Shown: piece after piece, positions 25,046 through 38,500 of the stretch | How positions within the stretch are numbered: the first letter of the stretch is position 1 | How the letters are laid out: each line of letters opens with the position of its first letter | NCBI GenBank assembly: GCA_003344405.1 | Contig: NOWV01000238.1 | Coordinates: 1-64,000 of the forward strand | Source of the DNA: Trichoplax sp. H2 | Taxonomy: Eukaryota | Direction of reading: 5' to 3' | DNA: 64,000 bases | The notes under the pieces: model-generated | What the model was told of the DNA's origin: nothing | The model's input: the letters and a program-made list of their open reading frames with translations, nothing else | The model's database searches: none | Position numbers and translations under genes: made by a program

Positions 25046-26953
25046 TTACGTTACCCTTACGATATTCTGTCATCTACTATATTTGAATTTCTTCCGTCGT
25101 CGGTCTAAATCTAACAACGGCTAAAGTAGTTACGCTTATTTATTAGTCCTACTGTAGCTTACATACTAATATGATGTGCGTACTGTACTGTAAGCCGAAT
25201 ATTATTTATTTCTATCGTAGCGACATGGCGACACTAATATTTAAAATTGGAGAAGCTTAATTGTATTTATGTATTTATAGATTAGACGTATGGCTTTGAG
25301 TGTTGTCTAGCAACGTCTGAATGATAGTGTCTCTCGTTAGCATCCCGAACATATCTATGAATATAATTTACGTAAATGCTCTCGTATGGAGGGAAAGATG
25401 CCTTACTTTTATCGGTACACTTTTAAGTTGACTATACTTTATTCAATGTTACTGAGAAATAGATCGACCAGACAGACATTTGCTCCTTATATCATTGCTA
25501 AAGTTATAAATAAGTTTGCCGATATCAGAAAATGTCAATGTAAATTAACCCTGCTCAAAACAAGAAATTTTTTGATCGGTATTATTTACATAAGTGCATA
25601 TTTTTTATTAACTAAAGGCTAAGAGTCATTAATTCGAAATAGGCTTTAGAAGGCATATACCTACCATGTACATTTGTACAATGGTACCGTAATCAAAATG
25701 AATGATATACTTGCATCTTGTATCAAATATAATGTGATAGTTATTAACTGTACTGATCATATTGTTTCAAATTTTTTGACTGTAGATCAATGTACTGTAC
25801 TGTCTTCTTAACGTACAGTATATACGAGTATATATATATGTATTATAGTGTGATTCATTATCTGTGCTTGCTTCCTGAAATTAATAAAGAATGTAGCTGT
25901 ATTTCTAGCCATACGATGAAACGAGTACTTTAGCAAAATTTTTGAAAGACATTTTACCACCAATGTATCCTATAATAATCATGATTTCAAAGAATATAAT
26001 TTAGATTCTGACAAAATGGAATCATTTGCTAGCATCACAATATTGACAATACTGACTTAAATAAGTTCTTAAGGTGCTTTTGATTGCAGTATGTTTCATA
26101 TACACTGTACTATATACATACAGTACACTACCGTTGCCATTCGTACGCAAAGAAAAATCATACACAATAACGTCAGACTATTACATCAAGTTCTAATGAT
26201 TGAAATTCTTTATTACAATGAAGATGTTATATACATTGATAAGAATACAGTACAAATAATCTAATATCACACGCTGAAAAGTAACTACTGTATTTAACAA
26301 GGGTAAAACAAGGCAGTTGCATGTTATAGACCACAAAACATGAATTTGGTATTGATGTCTAGCTAAACCTTAATAAGAAATGAAGTAAATAATACTGCAC
26401 TAACAAAACAGTGAAGCGCTATATAGCACTTAAAAGTACTATATGATTGATTTATACGTAAAAGTATTTGATCAAAAGTCTATAGTTAAGAGGAAAATCT
26501 TACATATATAAATAAAACGTCAATCTGATTTATAAACTACAGTAAGCTGAGATGGATACGATACAAAAGATCATCATTTTTAGTTATTGAATGGATTAGG
26601 GTCACAATACATTTTATAATAATGATGATTCTGCCCATAGTTATAAGTGCCAATTATTAATATTTAGGTGTTTCTTTGAATGATTATACAGCTGGGCTCA
26701 CTGTGCATAATGATTAATTACTTAAACTCAAATTTTCGATATAATCCACAGGGATCAAATTGTACATGATTTTTATATACATCCACTTCATAACGACTGC
26801 AATTTACTCTCAATGATGCTAAAGCTACAAATGTTCCTTGGGAATTGTAGTTAAATTCAAAAATTAGCGATTGGTACTATATAAGATTACTCCATGATCG
26901 CGTCATAATACATGTCCAGAAAAAATCCAAATTGGTGGCTGTGTAAGACTGTA

Positions 26954-29900
26954 TTAATAGGGTGCATAGCGGTAACCCGAAGATGAATTATTATTCCTGT
27001 AATTAGCACCCTAAAAATTAAGCTGATTGTAAGTCTCCAAGCAACTACAATTTAGGAATTGAAATCAATTATTGATAAAAATCTTACATGATGGTATGAT
27101 GATGGATTATAATGATCTCCATAATTTTCATAATAATGTTGATCAGAGGCCCCGGGCCTATGTCCTCTAAAATCTCCGTAATCATTAACATCCCGACCAT
27201 ATCTAAATTAGAAATTTAGGGATAAAACAAAAATATTTGTAAATCAAATTGGAGCAAGTGCAATAACTGTAAAAAATTTTACGATTCCTGCGATCTAAAT
27301 ATTTACAATGTAGCAACTGCACTGTGACCAGACATCTACTTACCCGTAAGACTGATAATGGGGATTATATTCGTACATATGAGATGGGTATGGTTGTTCA
27401 TAAGGTGGCATCATCTACAGCAACAATTCATACGATTTATGAATATAATTAAGAAAAAGTTTAAAATAATATTTGCATTCACTTGTCTCACATTTGAATT
27501 GTATGAGGGTGGCGCACGACCATGCTGCTCTCTGTAGGAATCGTAGCCACCGCGTCCTCCTGTCCAACGTCTACCACCACCTCTGCCTGTAAATGGCAAA
27601 AATAAAGCGTTCATTTTAGTAACGCACAATCTTTGATAATTCAGGGTGTAATTTAGAAATTATCTCATTCATAGAAGTCATGTAGCATAAATAAAATATA
27701 TTTAAAACTTGACTACCTCCACGTCCACGCGGTGCATTGAAAGCTTTAGGAGTCGCATAATTTACCTGTAAATGTATTCAATTTCATAACTAAGTAAAGC
27801 GTAACCAACAAGCTAATATTATGATATCGCCATTACAGTATATATCTAAAGTATCTTACAAGTTAGTATACTACTTTTCTTTTTTTATGATAAATTAACT
27901 GAGGTATCCCCATTTACGTCACTTCAAGCCTTTACCTCCAATATTCTGCCGTCCACGGATTTACCGTGTATATCCTCTTTAGCACCTTTAGCATCTTCCG
28001 GGTTGATAAATGTTACAAAACCAAATCCCTATACGGGAACAAGCAAAGTCAATAAATCACTTTGCTAATTAATACATTCAGTCATTACTTATAATGCTAA
28101 CAACCATCATCGCTGGAGGCTACCTCAAGCTAGCTTTGAGTAAATCAATAACTAAGTTCTAACAAAGAATTATGATACGGTTAAGCAGCTACATGGGTAT
28201 AAACGATTTGGAGGTAGATTTTCATATTTTAAATGAATAGTTATACTGTTCTATACACCGGACTACGCTCAAACTACAATTCTATCAAATGTCGCTCCCT
28301 TAAATCTAGAATAGCAAAATAGTGCACTAAAGTTCCATAAAATACTATCCGTGAAGATAACATCCTATCCATTCATTGTGCCTTTACTCACTTTCGATCC
28401 TCTTTCATTAAAAATAATTTCTACGTCTTCAATGTTACCAAATCGCTGAAAGTGTAAATGCATCAATAATTACCATTACAGTATAGTCTGATTATCTTTA
28501 AAAATTATTCCATGAGCCATCAGTTTCTTTTAACTAGATATTGCATTAATTTTGTATCAATTGCTAATTAGATGATAACATGACTCCTGTATTATCATTA
28601 CGTCAGTTCTAGACTTTTGTGACCACTGCTAATTTAAAAGACTAAGGTGACTCCTGCACTATCACTTTGTAAATAATTTAGTTTAGATTAAATCGATCAG
28701 TAGTTGCAAGATTAAACTCAATTCATGTTATCATTGAGTCAATTCTAGAGGAACTAGTTCAGACGCAAAATTGTGTAGTTCTGCTAAATTATCGCTAATG
28801 CACTGAGATAATAGTTAATGCTAGCTACACTACCAAAATATCCAACTAACCTCAAACATATTTCGTAAATCTCCATCACGATATCGAAATGGAATATTGC
28901 TAACATGTAACCTTCTGTGATTCGAGGCATCATCATCCTTTGCTGGCCATTTTCCTTGTTTGGGTGCTTGTGATTGATAAGAATCATGGGGCTTATCCCA
29001 TTGCTGCTCTTGATACGTGTATCCAGCCTGATCATTGTGAGGTTCTTGATGGCTGTGATTCCAGTTTGTCTCTGTTGGTGATTTCTATTCATGAATTGGT
29101 ATAATTGTACGAAGAAATCAAATAAGACATTACTGTAAGAATTGCGGATTACAATCAAAAATTAATCGAAATTAGAACAGAAAAAAATCTTGTTATGATA
29201 CTGTTGTTATAATATCTTATTAATTATGACTTTCGTATTGACATAAAAGTTAACTAGCATGTAGCAGTAAGTGCCATAATTCTAACTTTGTGATGTTGAA
29301 ATAATTGAATGGAAATAAACATAGTAATTCAATATCCTTTACAGGCACCATCGTGTCCATAGGCACAGTGAAACGTAGCCATCACTTCCAATTAAAGACA
29401 ACTTGATCTATTTTTTAGTTAGATGTACCCGTATGCCATGAAAATTTTGAACCCTTTATTCGTTACGAAGGGAAATTGATAAAAACTGTGTTTCATTGCA
29501 GTACATCGTGTTATGAAATCCATTAGTTACACCATCTACATATTTTGCCGGTCGTTACATTGTACAGTGTGTATTCGTATCTATCTAACCCTCTATCGCC
29601 TCAAAGCTTACTTTATCATCATATTTTCGACAGAAATATGATAAAACAAGTACTATTCTATTTAAGGAAGACATTATAAACCCAATTACAGTTTTGTTGA
29701 TTTTACCTATAACACCACGGCTAATTGATAAAGGATTCGATGATCTGTTACATTGTCACTTTATGTTATATCACACTGCAGTATCTGCAAGTGTTCAGTT
29801 AAAAGGATGGATATTTTGGCGTTGATTACAGTCAAAGATGAGCATTTCACCAAGGAAAACCTCTCTTCTCTTTATTACCAGGTACTATAGTTTGTTCGAA

Positions 29901-32117
29901 ATTTACGATGATCCATACTTTCAATCAAAACTGTATTCTATCTAGTAGAAGTATCGCTAACTATAAATTACACCCCAGTTTAAGGCGTTATCAGAGTATT
30001 AGTATAAAGAACATCGCAATTTTATCGGCAGCTTATATTCAATGAGGGTATAAATCCTCTACACATACAGAAAATGGGATTGAACAGACTATACATCTTG
30101 CTAATTATTGTAAAACTGACTACTCTATAAATCTCCCGTCCCAATGCAATTCTACATTGACCAGTCAGTATTATCTACCACGATAACGCTGTGTCATTTT
30201 GGGGGAGTATTCTTATTCCGGTAGTAGTCTACCACTACATCATATCTCGCGTCTTCTAGCAAGTAGCAATAAGAAGTATACGTGTACGTAGATGTAATCG
30301 AATAGATTGAATAAGTACAAGTAGTTCAAATTTCAATTTCAGATATGGCATTATTCCATGCATCTAAAAATGAGATTGACTTTCTGGAAAGATAGATGTA
30401 CTTGATGTCTCATAAACTGATCATGAAACTACATGAGAGATTCAAGAAATGTTGTAGAATTATTATATTTAAACTTGTAGTCTAGAAAAGCAAGAATGTC
30501 AAGTTTCAAGGGTTAATGTTATCCACTAGAACTCTTGTTCTAACTGCAGGTCGATCAAGTCGTATGTTGTGTAGGAGTAAAATGCTCATCAACTGAGTTA
30601 TAAAGACTTTAAGCTCATTATGGAAGTGGTGGACAAAATTTCTTCCATAACGTTATTATCATAAAAGTATAAGGTAAGAGGGTTGATCTCCTTGTCTCGC
30701 TGGATCTACATATTCTTCAATTAGTGTAATGTCATACTAAAATCATCTCAATATGGCTATACTATATAGAATTGGTTGATCCCTGCCTTACTAGTCGACG
30801 TTGTCATTGAATAAATGTGATCGGAATGACGTTTACTTAAGTAAAATGTGCTAGGTTAGAGGGTTTATGTCTCTCTTTTCTCCTATCCTATCCAAATCAT
30901 CTGATGATCGCATAGACTCATTGATCTCGATTCTACTACGTGCATGCATTCCGTATTTTCATAGAGTAGATGGGAAGATGTACCTCGTCTTGATTTTAAT
31001 GAAAACATACAAGGTTAAAGGATATCGTTATGGGTTACTCTTGATCTCCTCTTTGAATGATGTGTCTTTTTTTTTTCTACCATCTGAGTCAATGTGATCC
31101 AGCGCTAACGTCTATCAAATCGATTACAGCAGGGAAATTATCTCAAGGTGATTACGACACGTTGATCGTTTTTGTGCTACCGGATATGTGATGCAAGATC
31201 GATTGGTGAATAGACAGTACTGTGATGGGTATAATATTGATTTTAGCCTTGCAAAGAGGACAATATAGTCCATGATACGATTGATCATGGTGGGGTATTT
31301 TCTATTTAGCTGTACTGAAAAGAATAAAATGATGATGATGGTAGCATCCAATGTTGAACATGGTTTTACTAGGGATAATGTGATTGAATGATTTTGCCAT
31401 CGTGTTGATGGGATCTTGAAGTGGTAGCATCATCAACCAATGGAGAAGGAGAATGATGTTGAAATGTTAAGTAAAGATTACTTGTCTCCATCATGACAAT
31501 GATGAAAAAGATTTAGCATTGAAATCAAGTTGATTAACCTACCATGATATTGATTAATTAATAATTGTACTGTTGGAATAGAGAGTCATGTCAATGATGT
31601 TATTGTGCAGTGATGACGATGATACTTGAAGTTGATTCTGATGTTGAACTGTAGAGTAAAGATTACTTGTCTCCATCATGGTGATGATGAAGATTTAGCA
31701 TGGAAATAAAGTTGATTAACCTACCATGATACGATTGATTAATGAATAATTCTAGCGTTGGATAAAGATAGAGGTCAATGATGTTATTGAGCAATGATGA
31801 CGATGATGCTTGAACTTTATTCTACTGATTGGTGTAGCTTTAGGCTAGATTGTCAACTATTCCATCGAACACAATAGTGATGGAGTGTTGGCGTTGCTTA
31901 CCGCATTGTCCGATTGTGCCCCCATTTGAGATGATTCTTCTTGATTGATTTGATCTACGTTATCGCTCCCTTCTTCAAGATTAGAAGAGGAATTGATGAC
32001 AGATACAATCTTTTTAGTCGTTAACGAATCGGGAAGGGATGCTCGTTCACTGGGTAAGTCTCCATCGAGCCCAGGGATAACTGAAATTCTGCTCTCAGCT
32101 GTTGGAACTGACGACAT
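26954..32117 (-). CDS. RBFOX: RNA-binding Fox-1 family protein (multi-exon)
   Basis: Diagnostic RRM RRLHVSNIPFRYRDGDLRNMFE|RFGNIEDVEIIFNERGSK|GFGFVTF...VDGRILE|VNYAT and C-terminal RYAPY* (PY-NLS). Putative first exon 32117-31902 (MSSVPTAES...DNA|gtaagc) joins phase 0 to the exon starting 29084. Confidence 0.93.
31471..31815. repeat. ~185-bp direct tandem duplication in RBFOX intron 1
   Basis: gtaaagattacttgtctccatcatg...gatttagcat.gaaat.aagttgattaacctaccatgata...gtcaatgatgttattg.gca.tgatgacgatgat.cttgaa at 31471-31630 and 31656-31815. Confidence 0.9.
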
Positions 32118-32221
32118 GATGATCAGCGGATTCGTCGCGATGGATGTTGGATGTATCACGTGAAGGCGAGTTGGACAGCTCCTTTGTACAGTGGATGGAT
32201 GGATCACGTGGCCTTTCTACA

Positions 32222-32340
32222 GTGCCCAAGCATTCACGCGGTCTACAGTACTTTTCATTGTCTCCTTTTCTTTCCTGGCTACAGTACTGTACTGTACAGT
32301 ACTGTACAGTAACTGGACACAGGTACAGTACCACTGTCCA
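32222..32340. promoter_or_regulatory. (CAGTA/TACTG)n array upstream of RBFOX
   Basis: tacagtactgtactgtacagtactgtacagta ~160-200 bp upstream of the ATG. CACGTG at ~32157 and ~32205. Confidence 0.45.
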
Positions 32341-32574
32341 GGAGTAATGTCGGTCCGAAGATTGCAAACAGTAAAATCAGCAGACTAGATACAGTAAGTA
32401 GACATACAATATAGAATACTGTATGAAATAATGACGAATCTGAATGAAACGATTATTCTCAAACTCCCAACAAGTAAACGATGGACGGAGAGGCGACTGC
32501 AAACTCATACTACTGTACTGTCTTTCCTTTCCTTTCATGAATACAGTTGTATTCCCCTACTATCAACTCATTTT

Positions 32575-33470
32575 TTGGACCTCGATGGTGTCCGTCTGTC
32601 CGTATACGATCGTCTTTCAACAATGTCATGATGGGATAACCTGTCCCATGGGTCCATTGTCCATCCATGTGCCAATCCAACTCGGAGTTTCCTTCGAGTT
32701 GTTCTGGACGCCGATTAGCTGTAGTCAGGTCTAGCTGTAGTCCTTGAGTGTACAGTACGCTGTACAGTGTGTAGAATTGCTTTCAGATGAATCAGTGCAT
32801 ATTTTGATGGCTTACTGTATAGTATTTTATTGGAAAACCCGTCAAAAACTGTGTACTGTATAGGTTATCCAGTTTTGCCTCGATTGCGTCCATCTGTCCG
32901 TATACTGTCGTGTTCAATCAATGTCATGATGGGACAACCTGTCTTAGTCCAACTGTCCATTGTCCATCAATGGAGCAATCCAACTCGCGCTTTCCTTTGA
33001 GTTGTTCTGGACGCCCTGAGTATACAGTACACTGTACAGTGTGTAGAATTGCTTTCTGATGAATCACTGCATATTTTGATGGCTTACTGTACAGTATTTC
33101 ATTGGAAAACCCGTCAAAAACTGTATACTGTACACTATGTGTTATCCAGTTTTGCCTCGATTGCATCCATCTGTCCGTCTACTGTCGTGTTTCAAATCAC
33201 TTTCAATCAATGTCATGATGGGACAACCTGTCCCATGTGTCCAACTGTCCATTGTCCATCAATGGAGCAATCCAACTCGCGCTTTCCTTTGAGTTGTTCT
33301 GGACGCCGATTGGCTGTAGTCCCTGAGTTGTACAGTACTGTACAGTCTACAGTCTACAGTGTGTAGAATTTCTTTCACACAGTACTGTACAATCAGTGCA
33401 TATTCTTATGGCTTACTCTTGAGAAAACGCGTAAAATAAAATTAAAATTTTATAGGTGTTATCCAGTTTA
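32575..33470. repeat. ~280-300 bp tandem triplication between divergent RBFOX and GNAT genes
   Basis: ctcgat.g..tcc.tctgtccgt...caatgtcatgatggga.aacctgtc...caatccaactcg...gagttgttctggacgcc...gtgtagaatt...gttatccagttt starting at ~32581, ~32879 and ~33156. Confidence 0.93.
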
Positions 33471-33897
33471 GATCGTATGATTTGTTTTTTAAAATCTGCA
33501 TTGAATTTCTATACCCTGTACTGTACTGTACTGTACTAGACAGTACTATAAAGTACGACGTGATCCCATACTGTACATTCGATTTGACAATTTTTGCTGC
33601 AATTTGTACAAAGGGATTGCCAATGCACGGTTTGAATATGTACGGATTGCTCTTGACTTAGCAGGTAACCTTCTATAATGAGAATCAGAGACCTACCTAT
33701 TGATCTTTTTGAAGCGTTTTACTATTCAAACATATCCAAGAAAATGCATTACATACTAGTAGTACAGTACTCTACTCTACTGTATTACTCTTTGAATAAT
33801 CGCATGAAATTTGAGGTGCAGACTCCTAGAATAATGTATCATCGTTTAAGCTGTTTACGCTGAGTATCTGAGGAATCGGGGTTATTATGGCTGGGCC

Positions 33898-33940
33898 TAC
33901 TGTACAGTCTTGCTACAGTACTGTACTGTACTGTACTGTC
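33898..33940. promoter_or_regulatory. (TACTG)n array immediately upstream of the GNAT gene
   Basis: tactgtacagtcttgctacagtactgtactgtactgtactgt ends ~70 bp before the ATG at 34008. A second array lies at ~33517-33548. Confidence 0.45.
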
Positions 33941-34007
33941 ACCACCTCGCCACTTTCCCTACAGTAGACCTCGACTGCACTTGCACTCCATCAGGTGCAA
34001 CATCAAC

Positions 34008-34439
34008 ATGGAAGTTGTTGCTATCAAAGAACCTCAAGATATCATCAAATGCTTTGATGCTTATAAAGAACTTCGACCACACTTAGTAGATGCAGAATCA
34101 TTTGTTAATCAAGTTATCCAACAACAGAAAGAAGGCTATACCATATGTGCCATTTTCGATCAAGACGATCCCAATGCAGCCGCTGCGGTCATTGGTTATC
34201 GTGATATGACCACTCTTGCATGGGGAAAATGTATTTATATTGATGATTTATCAACGCGTTCTGTTCATCGTCAGAAAGGCTATGGCAGTACACTACTTCA
34301 ACATGTAAACAAATTAGCCAAACACCAAGGCTATGCCATGCTTCACCTCGATACTGGATACACACGCCATGACGCTCATCGTGTCTATTTACGCAACGGC
34401 TTCCAATTTTCTTATCATCATCTTAGCTTGCAATATTAA
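34008..34439 (+). CDS. Intronless GNAT-family N-acetyltransferase, bacterial-type, 143 aa
   Basis: MEVVAIKE...ELRPHL...EGY...GYRDMTTLAWGKCIYIDDLST...RQKGYGSTLL (acetyl-CoA binding motif A R/Q-x-x-G-x-G)...LHLDTGYTRHDAHRVYLRNGF. Good start context (aacATGG), uninterrupted ORF. Confidence 0.92.
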   Translation: MEVVAIKEPQDIIKCFDAYKELRPHLVDAESFVNQVIQQQKEGYTICAIFDQDDPNAAAAVIGYRDMTTLAWGKCIYIDDLSTRSVHRQKGYGSTLLQHVNKLAKHQGYAMLHLDTGYTRHDAHRVYLRNGFQFSYHHLSLQY

Positions 34440-35589
34440 CAGTGACAATTCCGCCTCACTAGCTCCATCCATTTCAATAGGATGACAGTAATGCTATACT
34501 GAATAATGACAGTCTAGCATACCATTAAAAGAAAATACAATTATGGTAATAGCAATATTCATCCACTATTTATCACCATCATAAGATATTGTAAATCTTA
34601 ATAGTAATCGTCGAAAACTTTCAAAATTGTACACTCTTTCATGAAAAATGACGGATTGACTAGAATTATAGTAAGAATGCGCATGCACGAACTCAAGTTC
34701 GATAGGGCCCTTGCTGTCAGAGCAACAAGTAGAGCTCTCTATTGCTGAGACTGCTGCCAATGATGGATGCACAGTATAATCAGTTCAATTAAAGTAATCT
34801 TATTAATTAATCCTCATCGACTGTACGCACGTATTACAAATTTCATCGATATGCTATACTTACTGTACCATCCATCTACGTTAGCAGTGAAATCATTGCT
34901 ATAATGCATACTGAGCACGAAAATAGGTAGAGAGTATGCAATAATAAAAATATGTTCTAAACGCATCTTCTGATTCAACTTCAACTCTACCTATTTAATC
35001 ACGCTGGATATTTCGACATAGTGGTATCAGTGAAAGTTTATTGAACTGTAATGAAATATAGTATCCAGATCTGTTTTAATAAAGGCTTTATACAATATTG
35101 CAATCTGTGGTGATTACCATATTAAATTATTATTCTTCAAAATATCTATAATGCATCAGCACAGAGGAAAAAGCACCTGTTTTTCTCTTTTACCTCTACG
35201 TGCATGAGTTTGGGTTATCTATCTTTCTGTTTATCTAGAGAGTATCATTACCCTACTGTATAGACATGATTAATTAAACAACATTTTATACATACCATAG
35301 CTTTATCCACTTAACATCATATTAAGTATTCATTCTACAAATTAGCAATATACAAGCAGTGACACAATTCCATATAGCAAAGATGTAAAAGTTAAAGTAG
35401 CTTTAAAAGAATAAAAAGTACAGTACAATAATAGCATTATTGCAGTTTCAGAACTCAAAATTAGAATACCATTTTTTATAAAATTTGCAAAAATCAATTA
35501 GACAAATAGATGAAATATAAATAAATTTATAGTGATCTTTTAGAGACATTTAAATAGCATGTGATCAAAATCGATTATAATTATGCCCT

Positions 35590-38500
35590 TTATAATTCTC
35601 GTTTTGCTGCAGAACGTATTTGATACTCAGCGATGAAGAATGTTATAACACCGACGACACCTACAGCAGCCTAGAATATTTTTTAACATCAGTTATAAGT
35701 AATCACATCAAGAAAGGCAAACTGGATCCAATAAGTAATAGAATATAGCTTGAAAATATGTATAGTAATTAAAAACAGAGATTAAGATACTTACAATAAT
35801 TATCGTCAGAAGATGTAAAGTTGTTGATACGCTCAATAAAAAGAATCCAGCTATTGATAACGATTGTATGAAGGTAAAGACTTCAAACACTAGTGGGCTA
35901 TTCGATTCAAAAATTTCTCCAAGAATGGAATAGATCTAAATGCAATAGCAGTAGTAAAAATCTTAAGTAGAACTTCATAGAAGGGTATATCAGGCAAAGA
36001 GATTAGATATGCGTGTATACTGGCATACAGTATATGTAAACTAATATACGGAATTAATCACAAATCGAAAATCTTGCACTGTATCGGCAATGTAGTACGA
36101 GTATTTTACCATCGTACTTTACCTGAGAATAAAAACAGCTATCACCTAATCCCAAAAAGAAGGCACAGGTAGCAGCCATTAAAAAACTACGCAATTTAGT
36201 CAAAGGAAAAGAAAAATAGACAGATGTCAGGGTTAATAAATACCATATTTAATGAGATCAAGATTACAGGACTTAAAAAAAGTGTATAGCAAAAGAAGTA
36301 AAGATTAACTAACGATAATTATAATTCAAGTATACCTAGGTTTTCCCCAGAATGCATTTTCATAACTTTCCATGAACGGTGATTTAAAGGGCATATTAAA
36401 GTATATAAATGCATATGAAAAAAGATGAAAAAGGAGACCAATGCATATTATGGAGATGCGCCCACATAGCTTCTTCTCTCCAGCGATACCAAACAGACTC
36501 CCACCTGTGAATAACATATAAATATATATTCTCAATACAATGATCACAGTGTGACTAAGGTATTCCATTACGTTTAGAAAAACCATCAACCAGTATTTCT
36601 ACTCTTATAATTACATTGCCTAAATATGCATAAGTTATAACAGGGATAATTGTACACACGTATAATAAGTATCTTGCATACACACGTTAACAGTATAAAG
36701 AAAAACACTAGGTATGAAAAGCTACAAATCACACGAGCAATTTCTCTTACCAATAATTTCTCCTATCCCTAAAATGATACCCGCTATGCCAATAAATTCA
36801 TCTGGATTCGCAAACAGCTTGGTATTACCTAGAGGGTAAGGGTTTTCATATTTTATTAATCTTGTGAAGTATATTAATCACAGTTAGCTGTTCCATATTG
36901 AGTAAATATTCAGTTCAAATATAATTTTTATTCATTCTATAATACCAACCAATGCACGTCATGTATGTAGTACTGTAGAAACCAAATGCAAAGCCTAAAT
37001 TAAAAAATAAAGAAATGAATTGAAACAAATGCTATTACGTAATTCAGTACTTTGATTCTTTGTCCAATGACAAAATTTAAAATCTTACTAATTATAATAA
37101 TTCTTATTTAATGATTATTAGAAATTACATGATTGTAAATAATCCCACACATAATTAATAGATTTGATTAACATGGATAACTCTAAAAGACTTCTATTGT
37201 AGACTAGTTCGTTGAAATAAAGCCAATATTCAATTGTTTCATATTACATGCCCACTTGCTCATCAACACTAACCTGTATAAACAAATATAAAAACCAACC
37301 AAACAGCGTTCGAGTTGAAGAAAGTCTTCATACTTAGGTCTACGCAGATTTGACAAGAAGATAACAATAAAGATCTCATTTACTATTTTGAATTATTTAT
37401 CTGCTTCTTAGTTGATTATGTAAATGAAAATAAAAAATCATTTCTATACTGTATTAAAGTAAATATAAACATTCTTACGGAATAATTTAAAGGGATTAAG
37501 AATTTTATCCGATAGTGTTTCGGTCCTATAATTATAATCATTAAGGATATGATAAATTTATAGTTAGCTTACATAACATTCTATGCATTAACATATAATA
37601 TTGTGCAGTTAAGTACGTATGCTACGACTTTGGACAATACAAAATTGAAAAATAAAATTACTCATCGTCTCCCTTAAGTTGTGCTCTCTGTGTTGTCCGA
37701 CATAAGAAAAAAGAAGAAAATTATATTGAAGGTTATCCCAGTATTAATTTAATTTAAAACGAAGCTTATCTTCATAGTAAGCTTAAATTACAAGTGAACC
37801 TAAGATGTGACTAATTTACCTCATCACCCTTTGATTTCTCTATAAATTTAGTCGGGAAAATAAATAGAAGTAAAACTGAACCGACACCACATGCCACTGC
37901 TAAGACAATATAGAGTAATATTCGTTGATTTTGACCTAGATAATAATGATAAGTCCTCAATAAATTTTTTACAAATAAGTTAATACAGTGTCTATATTAG
38001 CATGAAGTATAACTTTAATCGAATGCAAAAAGTTAAAAAAGAACCAGACCTATTGCCTTGGTACCACTTAGTATCCACACCAAGAATACGTTACCCAATA
38101 AACGACTGAAATAGATGGAATATAAAATTAAGATTAAACGGTAACAAAGAAATTAAACTTTACATCTCTATTCTTACTTGTTTTTTACACAGAGGAAGAT
38201 TTATTAGTGTCTAACAGTAATTATTTTTTTTATGATTGAAATATTTGTAATGTACCTAAATTGCATACAACCCCAAAAGATACGACCATCCCTTTTCGAA
38301 TGCTTGGTATCAGTACTGGATATCACAATATTAGCTTGAGCTGTCCAAAGTACTACAAAATAAAAAAGATCCAAGGTGGTTTACACAATGACAGATTTAT
38401 TCCTTTCACTAAGTATTGATGAAGGTACTCTCAGTAGTAAAATGATGTTTACCATAATGCATAGTCAAAAACTCATAAATTACAGTACACCAAATCTTAA

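Noticed and set aside
32095..33366. Several overlapping ORFs upstream of RBFOX
   Set aside because: They fall in pentamer arrays and the ~290-bp triplication, with no domain and no coherent splice structure.
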